Of a stretch of DNA of 64,000 nt, positions 11,310-24,600 are shown piece by piece. Made by a program: the position numbers and the translations under genes. The notes under the pieces are model-generated. The model did not search any database. It had not been told where the DNA came from and was given only the letters and a program-made list of their open reading frames with translations. Each line of letters starts with the position of its first letter. The stretch's first letter is position 1. This DNA is from Takakia lepidozioides (taxonomy: Eukaryota; Plantae; Bryophyta), in the NCBI GenBank assembly GCA_030704615.1, contig CM060731.1:58838001-58902000 (forward strand), written 5' to 3'.

Positions 11310-14300
11310 ATGGCTGGAAGCGGGGCTCCTGTGGGAAGGCCTGCTTTGGAGGCAGGCAGGGCAGAACGCCCTGTGTGGCTGCTCAAGGTGCCCACCGTAG
11401 TGGGACAAGCATGGCATGATCAGAACGAGGGCGGCCACATTCTCGCCAAGGTGTCAGTATCGCTGGATCCTCTGAACCCTGAACCTAATTCTGCCATTCA
11501 GGTGGATCCTCATTCTTTGTCCCTCTCGTACTCTTGTCTCCCTATTCCTCTATCTCCAATCTCGCTGCGAGGGCTTGGCTAGAAGCTTACGCAAGTACCC
11601 ACACTCCATCTCCGGGTTTTTGATACGTTCGTGTGATTTCTCTTGTTATACTTGTCGAATAGGCCGTGGACCTAAGCTTTTCTTTCTGCAATTCCATCGG
11701 GGAACACATTCCTGGGGCTCCGGAACTATAGGATCTTGCGGCCTAATTACCTGTCTACAGCTCTATCTCCCTCTCTTGTAAGGGCATTGGGGAGGTTGAA
11801 GGTGGGCTCCCATCTGCGGATAGAGGCTGGTAGGTGGGAAAATCTGTGAGGACCGAGTAATCGCCCCCCAACCCCCCCCCCCGGAAACCCTAGGAGTTGA
11901 ATTCTTCATTAATCTACCTGTGAGGCCTTTGTTTCTCCCATTCGGTTTTGATTGACACCTGTTGCCCTTCAGATCAAAAACGTGTTTTCAACTGCAACTG
12001 ATAATATGCCATAACACAAATGGTATCAATTAGCTCAGCTTGTGGAGTTGTTCAACTAGCTATATTTAATCTCTTCCTGCACTTTGTCGCTGTATGATGG
12101 TAGCTCTGAAAGAAGGCTAACACCGAGTTCATTCACATTCAGTTGACTTCAAAGACCAAGAGATGTACCCCCTGAGGGTAAATTGGTAGAGTAATTCTTG
12201 GCCACCCTGCCAAATGCTCTACTTTACAGATGCCCATCAGGTGGAACCTCTATTAAGACTGGCACTGTAGGAGTGTTCAGCTAATGACATCCCCACTGTC
12301 AGTCACACAGGTGACTTAACCAACAGAGGAGAGACAACCAGATAGAGCCAATGCCCAGATTTTTGAATTTTGACGGTGAGAGGGCACATGGGTGAGTTAA
12401 CCAGGGAGGAGACAAAGAGAAAGAGCCCATGAACTGCAATGCACAAATCTTTTTGAGGGTTAGAGGATTATATATGTATCGACATACCCCCATTTACTTT
12501 GATCCTCATAGGAATCGAGGAGGAGCAATGAGCTTTGCAAGACACTGTAGCGAAAAACTGTTGGTGCGGTTGGCAGTTCACAATGGGGTTAGCAGGAAAG
12601 GAAGACATACCGAAGGCATATACACTAAACTTCAACAAGGATCTGGTTCCCATGCACATTTTTTCTGAAACTCCCCAAGGTATGAGTACCCACTTCCCCT
12701 TTTTAACTTGTCCTCTTAAGCTTTGGTTACGGTGAAGAAAGCTTCAGAGAATTGATCCATCAGTAATAATTTCCTTGGTAGTTCATTTTAATATGGGAAG
12801 GGCAGGAGATGTCTTTGATTGGTCCTGTTTTGTAAGATGTTTGCATGCTCTTTGAACGTACCTTTCTTTCAGCAAACGGCTTTAGAACACAAGTGTAAAA
12901 GTTCTATCTTTTGAGCAGGATTATGGCCTTCAGGAGTTGACACCTTTGTACTGAATTCAGTATCAGGGCTAATTTTAGGAAGAAATACTCCAAATGGCTG
13001 CTCCATACCCCATGCTCTGCTGGGGAAAGTCTATAATTTGAGAGCTTGTGCACAATTTCCACGAAGCCTCAGCATACATTGATTACCTGATCATCAAGAA
13101 GACTCCAACAGTTGTGCTTGAAAGGAATCAAAATATTTATAGGTTTTCAAAGAACCTAACAGACAGGGTTGCATAAACTCTCAATCAGAATGGGCGCTTG
13201 CATGCCAGCAATATTGAAATGGTTCCAAATTTTGTCAACTGTTGCTGCAGGCCCTTGGTGATCCATGTTGGAATGTGTCGCAGGGAAGTTGGCTGTGGAA
13301 GGTAAAGTGGAGCACAAGTTCGACATGAAGCCCACCAACATGGGGAATAGTGAGGACTATCGTAAGCTTTGCCGTGACCGTTTGAAAAAGTCTATGGTTA
13401 AAACCCGAACAGTACAGGTGTGACATATTTTGCCTTGTCGACCTTTTGTGTTGGTGTGTTAGCAACTTCATCGCAGGGGAAGAATTCATGCTAGAACCTG
13501 TTGATAGGTGGAACTTATTGCGACAGGAGTATGCTTTTGTTTCAAAGGCGATTCGTCTCCTGTGTTTCAATTGAGATGATACTTTGTACGATTAGAGTTT
13601 TGAGTACTGGCAAGGGGGTCATGGATAACAGGTGTTGCAGAATGATCGTGGCAGTTTCATGACACCACCACCTGTGGCTGCTTTCCCTATCTCAGCCCCC
13701 AAGGTAGGCCCCTGGACATTTTCTTATACACAGGTTGCCAATTTAACTAAGTTTTTGAATGTGGGGGATATTTTCCTCTGCATACTTGGGCCACAGGCTG
13801 AACTAAAAGATGGGCAGAGTTTGAGGTTTGCCTTATCTATAAGTCCTGATGTACGCTCTAAGTTGGGGGGTACCCAGGACAAGAAGAAGGCTTCAACGGG
13901 GACCACAAAGGCTCCTGAAGGAAAGAGGATACGGAGGGAGAAAGGAGAGTTGGAGGACATTGTGTTCAAGCTTTTTGAACAGCAGCCTAACTGGGCCCTG
14001 AAGCAGCTTTTGGAAGAAACAGACCAGCCCGTGGTATGTCTTGTGGCTCGGAAGCCATCCGTTTTCTGTTACAAGCTGGTGATATATTACAGTGGCTACT
14101 TTAGAGCAGAGTTGGTTTGTAAACTATTTCACAGGGACATGTTGTGGATTATTTGGCACATTTGCAACCCCAGTGGTCTCATGTTGTAGCTAATGCTGTA
14201 CTATGAGGAACTGAGTGAATCTCTTGTAAGGAAGTTGACTACAGGCATTGCTTTGATGAGAATGCAGGCTTTTCTCAAGGAAGTTTTGAATGATCTGTGT

Positions 14301-14393
14301 GTGTACAACAAGAGAGGTGCCAACCAAGGCACCTATGAGCTCAAACCCGAGTACAAGCGCAGCTCTAGGGAAGACATGAAAGCGGCTATTTAA
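11310..14393 (+). CDS. TFIIF2: General transcription factor IIF subunit beta (RAP30). Exons 11310-11501, 12577-12679, 13284-13417, 13632-13703, 13878-14033, 14268-14393
   Basis: RAERPVWLLKVP, LAVEGKVEHKFDMKP, LEDIVFKLFEQQPNWALKQL...TDQP, FLKEVLNDLCVYNKRGANQGTYELKPEYK; GT-AG introns with consistent phase. Confidence 0.95.
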
Positions 14394-15299
14394 ACCTGGT
14401 TGGATGAGCTGGAGGAGGTTCCTCTGACAGACTTCTATCCAGGCTCAACTGCCAGTCGTGTGGTTCCTTAAAAGGCCGAATTGAAAGCATTGCACAAAGC
14501 TTGTGTGTGTGGGGGAACACTGGCGCGACCCCCCCCTCTCCCCCACTCAAGAATGTCCTATGCCCATAAGAGTCTTTCCATGGATGTCAATCATCATCTA
14601 ACTGATGTTACCCACATTTAATATTTTTGCGAGATCTTCAAGAAGCCAATGGTTTAGGTGTGCTATTGTCAGAGGGTATTCCTGTTCAATTGCATGAAAC
14701 ACAGTTCCCACAAATAGACCTGGGAAACTAAGGTGTCTTTGCTGGCTCCAAGAAGAGAGTATTGTGATTAAATTGATCCTGTTGGGTCTTTTGCCACTGA
14801 CACACCCTATTGTACTGCAACTCACAAAAGAGTAATATCTAGACATTTTGGATGGAGCCCATCTTCAACAAACCCTGACAAATGCCTTTGCCTGTCATCT
14901 TTGCCTCTCCTTCATCAGAGAAGATGGTTTGTAGATTCTATGTGTGCATCCACCCCGTCCTGACCCAAACCAAACTGGAGGAAAGTGTAGGAATTATGCC
15001 TGGGCGGCTGATCTTGGTGAGAAATGACATCGCAAGGTAGTTGCAAGGTGGTCATTTTTTTCAACTAATTGCTCTTTTACTCATATCAGTAACAGCACTA
15101 TAGACATAAATGATCAATGAGGAATCATGTTTGCAACGCAAATTTGGTTCGATTGCAACTCAAACCAACTAGCAAATTCTACAATAGTGTGGACCCACTA
15201 CCAAAGTTGCAACCACAAGTGTAAGGCACCACAGATTTGCAAACTCAAAGAGTGGCATGCAAACTGGTGCGCACCTATATAACATGCTTTGCAAAATTT

Positions 15300-16502
15300 C
15301 TACAACACTAGTGTCTGCAACAAGGCTGGCCGAAATGAGAAGTGTACTGCAAGTTGCTGAGAATGATGTGGAGATAATCCATAAAAGGGACCAGAGGGCA
15401 ACCTTGGCAATGTTGGTTGAACCATGTCATGCACCCATAGGTGCACACATGTTATACATGTCTCACTCCGGCGTACCTTGCTGGATACGACGAGTTGGTT
15501 ACCTCCTACCGCTCCACATATTGGATTCATACCCCACGGATACTCACCCCTTCGTGGAACTTGTATCTTTTAAGAATGGGACCACTCTTGGCTTGAAATA
15601 TTGAGCTCGAAGACAGTGCACTCTGCGGTGGCCGGAGAAACTCTTTGTAGGGAACAAGTGCTCGCGTTTGTTTCTTGGGGGAAGGACGTAGGTTGGCTCG
15701 CTCCATAAATCTTGTTCAATGTTGTATGCAAACAGCCGGTAGTCCCGAGGTCCTAACTTCATAGGAAATACAAAGTGCAAAACCCCTTTCTACTCAACAC
15801 CATTTACATGTACATACTTAACACCACTTACATGTACATGCTAGCTTGCATAATAAGATGGTGTGTAAGGTAGGAAGTGTCCACCGTGTTTCCACGAACC
15901 CGATGCTGCATCGTAGATCTCTGTGATCTGGTATCTCTGGTCTTCACCTGCATACTCACATTGCCCCCAATAAGAATCTTGTATGTCTTTGTCCTCTCAT
16001 CCATAAACACCTTCACTATAGCTGGGACCAGCCGCCAGCGATTGAGCGTACGAGGCAATATTCTGGAGCCACCAGTCAGTGGATTGCATACCTCAATGTC
16101 CATCGCATCCCTATAATCACCGGGAGTCAGTGCACATATAAGGCCTCCTGCTCCAACGTCCACTTGCCAGTACCTTGCGTAGTTTGTGCTTGAATTCCTA
16201 AGGAAGTGGCTCCTACCTGCCTGCCACTGGTCGGCAGCAAGATCGTACGTGCATAATTGTGCATTAACTACACGTCTTGCTCCCGCAGTGCATGAATCAT
16301 ACACAACAAAACCTAGCGATGATTGCAGACAAGGAGATGCTGCTTCGATCTCTGCAGAGGTCTTGCGGAATGAAGGAGAATCGATCAAAGAACACCAGTC
16401 TTTGCAAACAATGCGAAATCGAAGTAAACTGGATACTGGCAAGAAAGTAATAACAGCATCCACCAGGTCCTCCGACAATCTTCCCCACACAGAGGCGTCC
16501 AT
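15300..16502 (-). pseudogene. F-box (FBA/kelch-like) protein gene, frameshifted downstream of ~15925
   Basis: F-box WGRLSEDLVDAVITFLPVSSLLRFRIVCKDW; GGLICA, VCNPLTG...LP; the expected EIYDAASGSW lies in another frame; ~24-bp tandem duplication at ~15798-15840 and downstream stops. Confidence 0.8.
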
Positions 16503-18642
16503 GCCCGCTGTGCGTAGCTGCACAAATCTCTCCCTTCCACTCCCAAGGTGAAGAGCAAAGTCGTAAAACAGCAAAGCTCGGCAGAAATTGAAGAAGACTA
16601 CTCGCCTCTGCGCCCCTTTCTACATAAGCAGTGGATGCTGTCTAACTTTGTGCATGACTTGTTCTAGGTATTTTTGGTGATCTCTATTTTAAGCGTGAGT
16701 AAATTTACCTCCCTGTAGGTACTTTTAGTAGTGGTCTATTTTTTACCTCCAAACGTATTGCTTACGGGAGTGCTCTGGGAGGTAGGAAACTGCGAGAATA
16801 TGAAGCATTTTGAGAGACCCAGAATCGGATTGAAAGCAGAAGAAAAAGAAGAAGAAGAATCCAGATCCTGACCTTGAAAACAGGCCTGCAAAATCTGGGA
16901 AGAAGATTTTCTATCCAGATGAAGTTGGTAACATAGAATTAAAACTGGGCATTCAGTTGTTGAAGGCTGGTTTGGTCCGGGAGCCATCATTTGAAACTCC
17001 AGGATCTCACAGTCTTTTCCCAGCCAATTTGCAGTCCAAATCCAGAGCAGTTGCCTCCCACAGCACTGAAAGAGCTTGGAATCATGTCGGGTTACTGGCT
17101 GTTGGTCCGATCATGGATGTTGCTGCTGTGAGACGTCTTAAAAGCTCAAACCTTCCAAATGTAGGTGGAGGACGGGGATCGGTGTGAAGTTGAATATGAC
17201 AGCGTTTTAGAAGCTTCAGACACTGGAGAAAAGATATTCAATCTTAAGTGCAGTCGTTGAAGCCACAGTAGGTTCACAGTGAGTGCGGCGATAAGAAGAG
17301 AGCAAGCAAAGTGCCTCGAGTCTCACTCCACAAGAGAAAGCCTAACCATCTGAAGCAGCTGTTGTGAGCCCTGAGAGCAACCCACAATCCAAGTGAGCTC
17401 TCAAGCAAAGACGCATCCAATCCAGCAGCAAGTTTCTGAAATTGGATTGGTAATGTAGCAATTTGAGCAAAGTGGATTTCAGCATCTATCATGATTGTAG
17501 CTGTGCAGCTGCGGAATATCTTTTCAACCCGTTTTTTTAGACTACTATGAATCAATCGAAGACATCACGTTTAGCTCACTCCAACTTGCAGAAGAGATTT
17601 GATAGATGCACCTAAACTATATTCACACTTAACATATTGGATACATTATGGGTTGCTGGGACTTCCAGGTGGCAACAGAAAAAGGAGGTTTACTGCGATA
17701 CATTTTCAGGCATTAAGGTAACTGCATAGTGGGCAGCCAGAAACATGGCCTGATTGTGATGGTCTGGCCTGGGATTGTAGCTGCCAATGCTGTCACTGAT
17801 GTGTTATTAATAGGCCGAGGTTGGTGCGATACCTGTCCATGTCAAAGCAAATTTCAACCGAAGCATATGTTGTTGCTACAGGCTGCATAGAGTCAGGATT
17901 TGGGTACTAGGGCCAGAACTCTAGAATTCACATGAAGGGGATAATTGAAGCTGCATAGCATCCGTGCGGGGAACAGGAAGTTAACACAGACAGCCGAAGA
18001 AAGGGTTGGTCCAGAGGATATTGCAGATATTCCAGCCAACACTGTCTACAGGTCAGATGTGGATTGAAGGAGAGTGCTGTGTAACCGGCCTCCTTGCTTT
18101 CAAATTATAAAATCGTGAAGAAGCCTCTCCCTTTGGCATGACAAAACTGTTGTTGCAGATCGTCTGATCCTTCAAGATTTCCAATAACCCATTCTCTCAC
18201 GAATGAATGTCCGACTTTCCTTCCTGGGAAGTGGAGCAGGATCCCTGTTCTTGCATATCGATAACTCTTTGCTTGAGGCTTGACATGTCAATCGCAATCA
18301 GAGTGATCTTTGTTCATGGCTCCCTGAAGGACTGCTGTCTCTTCTGCCTGCTCAGCTCGAGACGGAGGAGACTGATAGTTAGATTCTCTGACAAAAAAGT
18401 CCCCTGCGATACCTGGAGAGACCTGAGGCTTGGTGATTGGGTGGAGAGTCGTCAATGCAGTTTCCTGATTTTCAAGGTTGTATTCAGGATGGGCAGGAGC
18501 TAGATGATGCCTTCACACAGATTTTTTTGGCCCACTACTCTAGTAGTTTCCCTTCCAAGCACTACGGAGCAAGGCTACACCAAGCATGGCATTAGGTTGG
18601 AGGACTGGTCTCTCCAAAGTTGTGCCCGTGATAAATGCAGGG

Positions 18643-21600
18643 CTACGAGACTGAATTTCTCCATCGTTGAGTGGAGGATGTAGACACCACAGAGTGTGAT
18701 CTCCGCCGTTCTGTGGTGGTAGTAGGAGTGGAGTCAGTACTTGGCGTTGAGGCATTCTGCTCATCTTCTGGCCTGTAATGGTGGTGATCCTCATGCTTCT
18801 GATGGTGATGGAATAAGTTGGGTGGTTTCATGTGGCTACTTAGCTTTTTCCATCCTGAGGTCCATGTTGTCGAGTGACTCTTCGATTTTGACAGCTTCTC
18901 CACCTGATGCATGGCAGTTATGGAAAAAGTTGGAAACTCTATCTGCCCCTTCTTTTCTAGGATGGACAGTGATTCCCTTCACCTACTTTACACCAGCTCT
19001 AGGGAAGTTCAATCAGGAAATGGGGGGGACTGCTGGCTGTGAGACAGCAATGCAGTTCCTTACTGCTACTGTCACAACCAGCAAACGGACTCATTGGCCA
19101 CACGGTAGCTTGGGAACAGCATTTGAGGAGAGTGAGGTATTTGTCTCCATTTAAACTGGTCCGAGGCTGTGTGTTCGGTGTCTATTAGGGTTCGCCAGAC
19201 TATTCAGTATTTCCTAACCTTGACATGCAAGTTCCTATGACATTACTCCACAGTCCCATGTCTAAAGTAGACACTCAAAGTGCCCAATCTGCTCAGGTTA
19301 CTGCAACTGAAATTACCTGTTGGGTCATTCCACTGTAATCCAGTTCCAGCTCCGAAAATTTGGCTTTCATTCTTTCAACATCCTGCCGAAGGGCCTTGAT
19401 ATCACGCCGTGCACTCTGCCAGCTTTCCTGCAATGATGGGCCGCCTCCCACCGAGCTGGGTGCAGGTACATGATTGTTGGTCCCCAACTGTTCTCGATGA
19501 GAAGGGAACCCATGGTTGAGGTGGTGACGGTCCCAGTCTCTCTTTACGATGGCATTGCCTGTGATAGCATTCCTCAGCTTCACTTGCTCACTGAAGAGGA
19601 CCTGATGGTATCGGAATAAAATTTTAGAGGTGGTGAAATAGATATGAGCTACCAAGATTACTCTTGGTCAACAGTGCACATGGACATCATAGTCAGCCTC
19701 AGCTAGTTCAGCACAAGATATAATGCTGGTCAGGTTCTAAAGACTGTTAGACAGCTTAATATTTAGACATCAGCTTTGTACCGGTACTTTCTTCCTGCCT
19801 TGATGTTGGTACTACCTGTGTGGAGGAAGACACCTTGTAATTGGAAACCCATGAATGACATTGCCTACCTGGACAACAACTCGGAGAGGGAGACGCTCAT
19901 TTTGAGCAGCATGCATGCATGCATCCAGCGACAGTCGCTGACAGTCCATGATCCGGCACAGCTTCTTGCGCTCTAGCTCTGTCATCGTTGGGTGCATCTA
20001 ATTTTCCAAACAAAAATCATAAGAACAATTGGACAAAATATATTCAAGAGGAACTTTGGGGAAAGAAAGAATGAAAGAAATAAACTTATTAGACCTGCGG
20101 AGAGAGAGCTCTGGAAGTACTCATGACAATTCTCTTTGAGCCATGGCTATTGTAGTCACAGTCACTGCAAGATACCGAGTCTACTAAAGGTAAGCTGTGG
20201 AGTTTCAAACATGACCATGGAGTAAGAGATCATAAGACGTTGTTTGCCATAGCCTTGTGGCCATTGACCCCACGCCCAGTTTGAGCGGGAACAAAAGGGA
20301 CAGAACCTACCTCTGTCAGGGGCTGACGTTGGTAGTAAGACTTACCTCCATATATAGAATTAATCCGGGTTTTCCAGATATCCTCTAGAAATCCCTTCAC
20401 ACAAGCATCAATCTGCTGTGTGTGATTTGCCCAAAAACTAGGCCTCAGGAGGGCCTGGACTTTTGGCTCAGCCTTGAGACTTTCAAAGTTGGTAAACAGG
20501 GGTACAGGCACAATACCCTTAATAGATTTGAAGAGAGCGTCTCTTTGGTGAGAGAACCCCGGACAGTGTATCAGAAAATGAATACTGTCTTCAGATTGCC
20601 CACACAACGGGCAATTGCACTCTCCCTTTCCTCTCTGCTTCTGTTTGCTGTTCAAAGGTAGGCTTCCTGCCCTGAGTTTAAATTTCAGTCTAGTGCCGAG
20701 AGTGGGTAGACCCTTGAGGTCATCCAAGATGTCCTCCCCCATGTCACAGACTGGAAACAAGTTCAGGGAAGTTTTCTGCCTAACTTCATTTTCATCAGAC
20801 AATCTCATGGCAACAGACATGGCTGAGGACACTACAGCCTCTAAGTCAGATTTATCCAGCAGGGTCAAGACTTGCGGATCCAGGTCCAGGTCCTTGAGGA
20901 TCTCTTCTACTCTCTTCTGCCAGGACTTAGCCTGTTTGACAGGGCGGTCCTGTTTCCAAGATATAGAGTCGATTAACTTAGGATATCTGGTGTTGGGCAT
21001 ATGTTGCAGCTGACCCCACCATCTGACCTTGAATTCATCTCGTCGGGAGCTTAAGGACGGAATGCCAAACTCACCCCGAACAGCCACATTGGCTGTTTTG
21101 GAGCATGCTGACATACACTCCTTAAGCACCCCCACTTGAATGGATTCTAGAGACTTAGCCTGGTTGGAGTTATCAACCCATATAGCAGATCCGTACTCCA
21201 AGGCAGGTCTAATAACGCCACAAAGCATGGTTTTCTTAACCTCAGAGTTGACCCTTCTGCAGTGGAAAAATTTAGTGAGCCCCAGAGCTTTGCCCTTGCC
21301 AGTTTGAACAACTTTCCGGATATGTGCATCCCAATTACAATTGGAGGAGAACTCAACGCCCAGGTAAGTGTAGGAAGGGAGGACCGGGATCTCTTGACTA
21401 CCCCACTGCCACTTAAGATCACTTCCTCCCTCTCCTCGTCGTTGAATGCTACCACTGCACATTTGCTGACATTAGCCTCTAGCCCCCAAAGATCAAAGTA
21501 TCTCTTCGCGCAATCAATCAACTCCTGGAGATTGGTTGGAGTCTCCCCTATGCCTGCGAAGTCATCCGCAAACATAAGGGCTGGTATGGTGGTATCACCC

Positions 21601-24600
21601 ACCCTTAACCCAAATCCCTCACTTTCCACATCCTCGAGGAGTTGATTGATGAAAACATTGAAGAGCAAAGGGGAGAGAGTACATCCTTGAGCTACACCTT
21701 GGTCTAATCAGAAGTTGGACTTCTGTCCGTTAACAGTGACACAGCTTTTGGTGTGAGCATACAAGTTGTGGACAACTCTCCACATCTTTCCCTTGATCCC
21801 ACAAGACCAGAGGCAGAACCATAGGCCATCTCTCCACACTGTGTCATAAGCATTTTTGACATCCAGGAAAAAGACATAAGTGGGTTTCCCTTCTTTTTTC
21901 CTTCCCTGGATAATCTGGCTTAGAGTGAAGATATGATCCACACAGCCCCTGTTTCGCCGAAAGCCAGCTTGGCCTTCGTGGAAACAACCTCTAGACTCCA
22001 GATCAACCTCGAGACGAGTACTTATAACTCTGCAGAATGTCTTGCCAACAGCATTGAGGAGCGTGATGCCACGGTAGTTCCCCGGTTCTTCTCTGTCACC
22101 CTTCTTGTAATGACAATGACCCCCTGTCGCCAGCGAAAGGGGATCATTTCAGTCTTCCAGATAAGGTTAAAGAGGAGAACTAGGGCCTCTATCATGGGAT
22201 CGCCACCGTGCTTGATAAGCTCGTTGACAATACCATCAGGTCCACCAGCTTTATATCCATTTAAATGTTCAATTGCTTCCACAATCTCAGAAGAACTAAT
22301 GGGAGCATTATAAGCCATTGAAATATACTCCAGTTCATCAGGGCTGTTTTGAATCATAGGAACAGTTTTTTCCAACTGTGTCCCTCCATTCAGCAGAAGA
22401 CCCCTCACTGTTAGACCTAGAAGTTCTGCCAAGGATACTGTAGTGAGTTTCAAAGGTTTTGACAATGTCAACCGATGAAGTCACCACTGCACCTTTAGTA
22501 GTCTTCAGCGCTTGTACTTGCTGACCGTTTTTCGGCTTGTACAAACGCTGAAGGGCCAACCAGAATTTCTTGTCATTACCACCATGGTGGTTTGAGTTTA
22601 TTTCACTGTATAGCTTGTCCCAGTATAATTTCTTCTGAGACCTAACAAGCTGATTGATATCTTTACGGAGCTGGTAGTACCTCGCCCACAATTCTCTGTT
22701 GGTTTCCAAATTGCAGCACTCTTTATAGAGGGCTCGTCTCTCAGCTATCTTGAGTTTAATCTCATTAGTCCACCAATTAACTGCTCTACCGCAGACAATT
22801 AGTTTCCTCCCAATGATCTTGTCAGCCATGGAGTAAGAGATTGTACTCATAAGACGTTGTTTGCCGTAGCCTTGTGGCCATTGACCCCGCGCCCAGTTTG
22901 AGCGGGAACAAAAGGGACAGAACCTACCTCTGTCAGGGGCTGACGTTGGTAGTAAGACTTACCTCCATATAAAGAATTAATCCGGGTTTTCCAGATATCC
23001 TCTAGAAATCCCTTCACACAAGCATCAATCTGCTGTGTGTGATTTGCCCAAAAACTAGGCCTCAGGAGGGCCTGGGCTTTTGGCTCAGCCTCAAGACTTT
23101 CAAAGTTGGTAAACAGGGGTACAGGCACAATTCCCTTAATAGATTTGAAGAGAGCGAGAGAAAAGAGAGCAAGAGAAAGAAAGGGAAAGAAAAGTTGAAG
23201 TTAAAGTGTGTTCAGCATCCAGCGAATTTACCTATAGCACAAGACAGTAAGATACAAGGAATAAAAGGGGGCCCCAAGAAGAACTACAACTCAACTTTCA
23301 GAGATGGAGAGCCTCATGTGGGTATGCTGCCAGGCATCTCTGATGCTCATAATGGACAGGATAAGGAATAAAGGGAAGAGAAAGGAAAGAAAGAAAGGAA
23401 TAAACCAGATGACATCCACGGGAAGCTCAAAGAGCTTCATAAGCAGAAAGGATTTTTGTGATGTTCACTAAAAGCCCAAAGACTGGACAATAATTCAAAG
23501 CAAACAAAAGCACTAGATAACCTGGTCTTGAGTGTTGCACAAAATCAAACTGGTTCAAGGGGCAGCATACCTTAAGATAAGTATCAATGGCTCTATACAG
23601 TCCATCATCAGATACCCGTGAAAACTCAGGTAATGACTCTGCAAGCCCCTGAAATTCATGCAGAGGTAGATTGGCATCCTTGGCAACTTCTGCCAGGTAG
23701 CTGTCAAGGAGCTTTGCAACCTTAATCTTTGATGCGTGCATGGCTGAAGATGGTTTCAGATGAAGGCCTTCAAACCCATGAAGCTGCTTTTCAGCAGTAA
23801 TGCTTCTCGCAGGGCTGGCAGGAGCGGTCTGATCCTGCAGGCATGATTTCACAACAAATGCAACTATGTACAAATGTCAGCTGATGGAAGATCGACATTG
23901 AGAATTTGATTGATCAAGAGTGTAATTCTACAGAAATGAACCTTTGGTTCAAAAATGGAATCATTATGATACGACCATGCGCTTGACTTCAATGTGGCCA
24001 TGAAAACTGTGGGTGGTGATGTGGACACTGACTAAATGCAACTGGACCTGAAGAATGTGCAGTAAAACTAAAACTCCTTCGATGGATAATAAGCTTCACC
24101 TAGAAAATATGAGGGTCAGGATGGGTATGTCTTGGTCACCCTTTGCGGGCCCCGTGCAGTCCCCCAATTAGGAACTAGATCTTTGACAAGACTTCACACA
24201 GCTGACACAAGCTGTGAAGGACATGGACATTGGTCACCAACAGACTTAACAAGCCATCCAGCTGGGATGCTCATTCGGCCCCTAATTCAATGCGAAAGCT
24301 GACCTGTAGCAAGAAGTGCTCCAGCATTCGCCGCACAACATCAAGGTCATAGAGGGCTTCACTTGTATGGACAAAGGAGGGGATAAGGAGGTCGCTCAGC
24401 GATGCTTGCTCGAGCAGTGTTCCCACTCTCCTCTCCAGCTCTGTCTTGCACATTGTCCCCACATTCAACAAGCTGGCCGTCCGCAGCAACCGGAGCAAAA
24501 AACTACAAGAGACTGCGTCCTGCTGAGGGGGAAGCATGCTCACAATCCCCTCCAGCAGCGCCCGGTTCTTGTTTTGCAATTGGGCGAAGTCGTCTCTCAT

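Noticed and set aside
16740-17600. Further degraded F-box-like sequence (similar hints at ~10.5 kb and ~43.2 kb)
   Set aside because: Too degenerate to assign by eye
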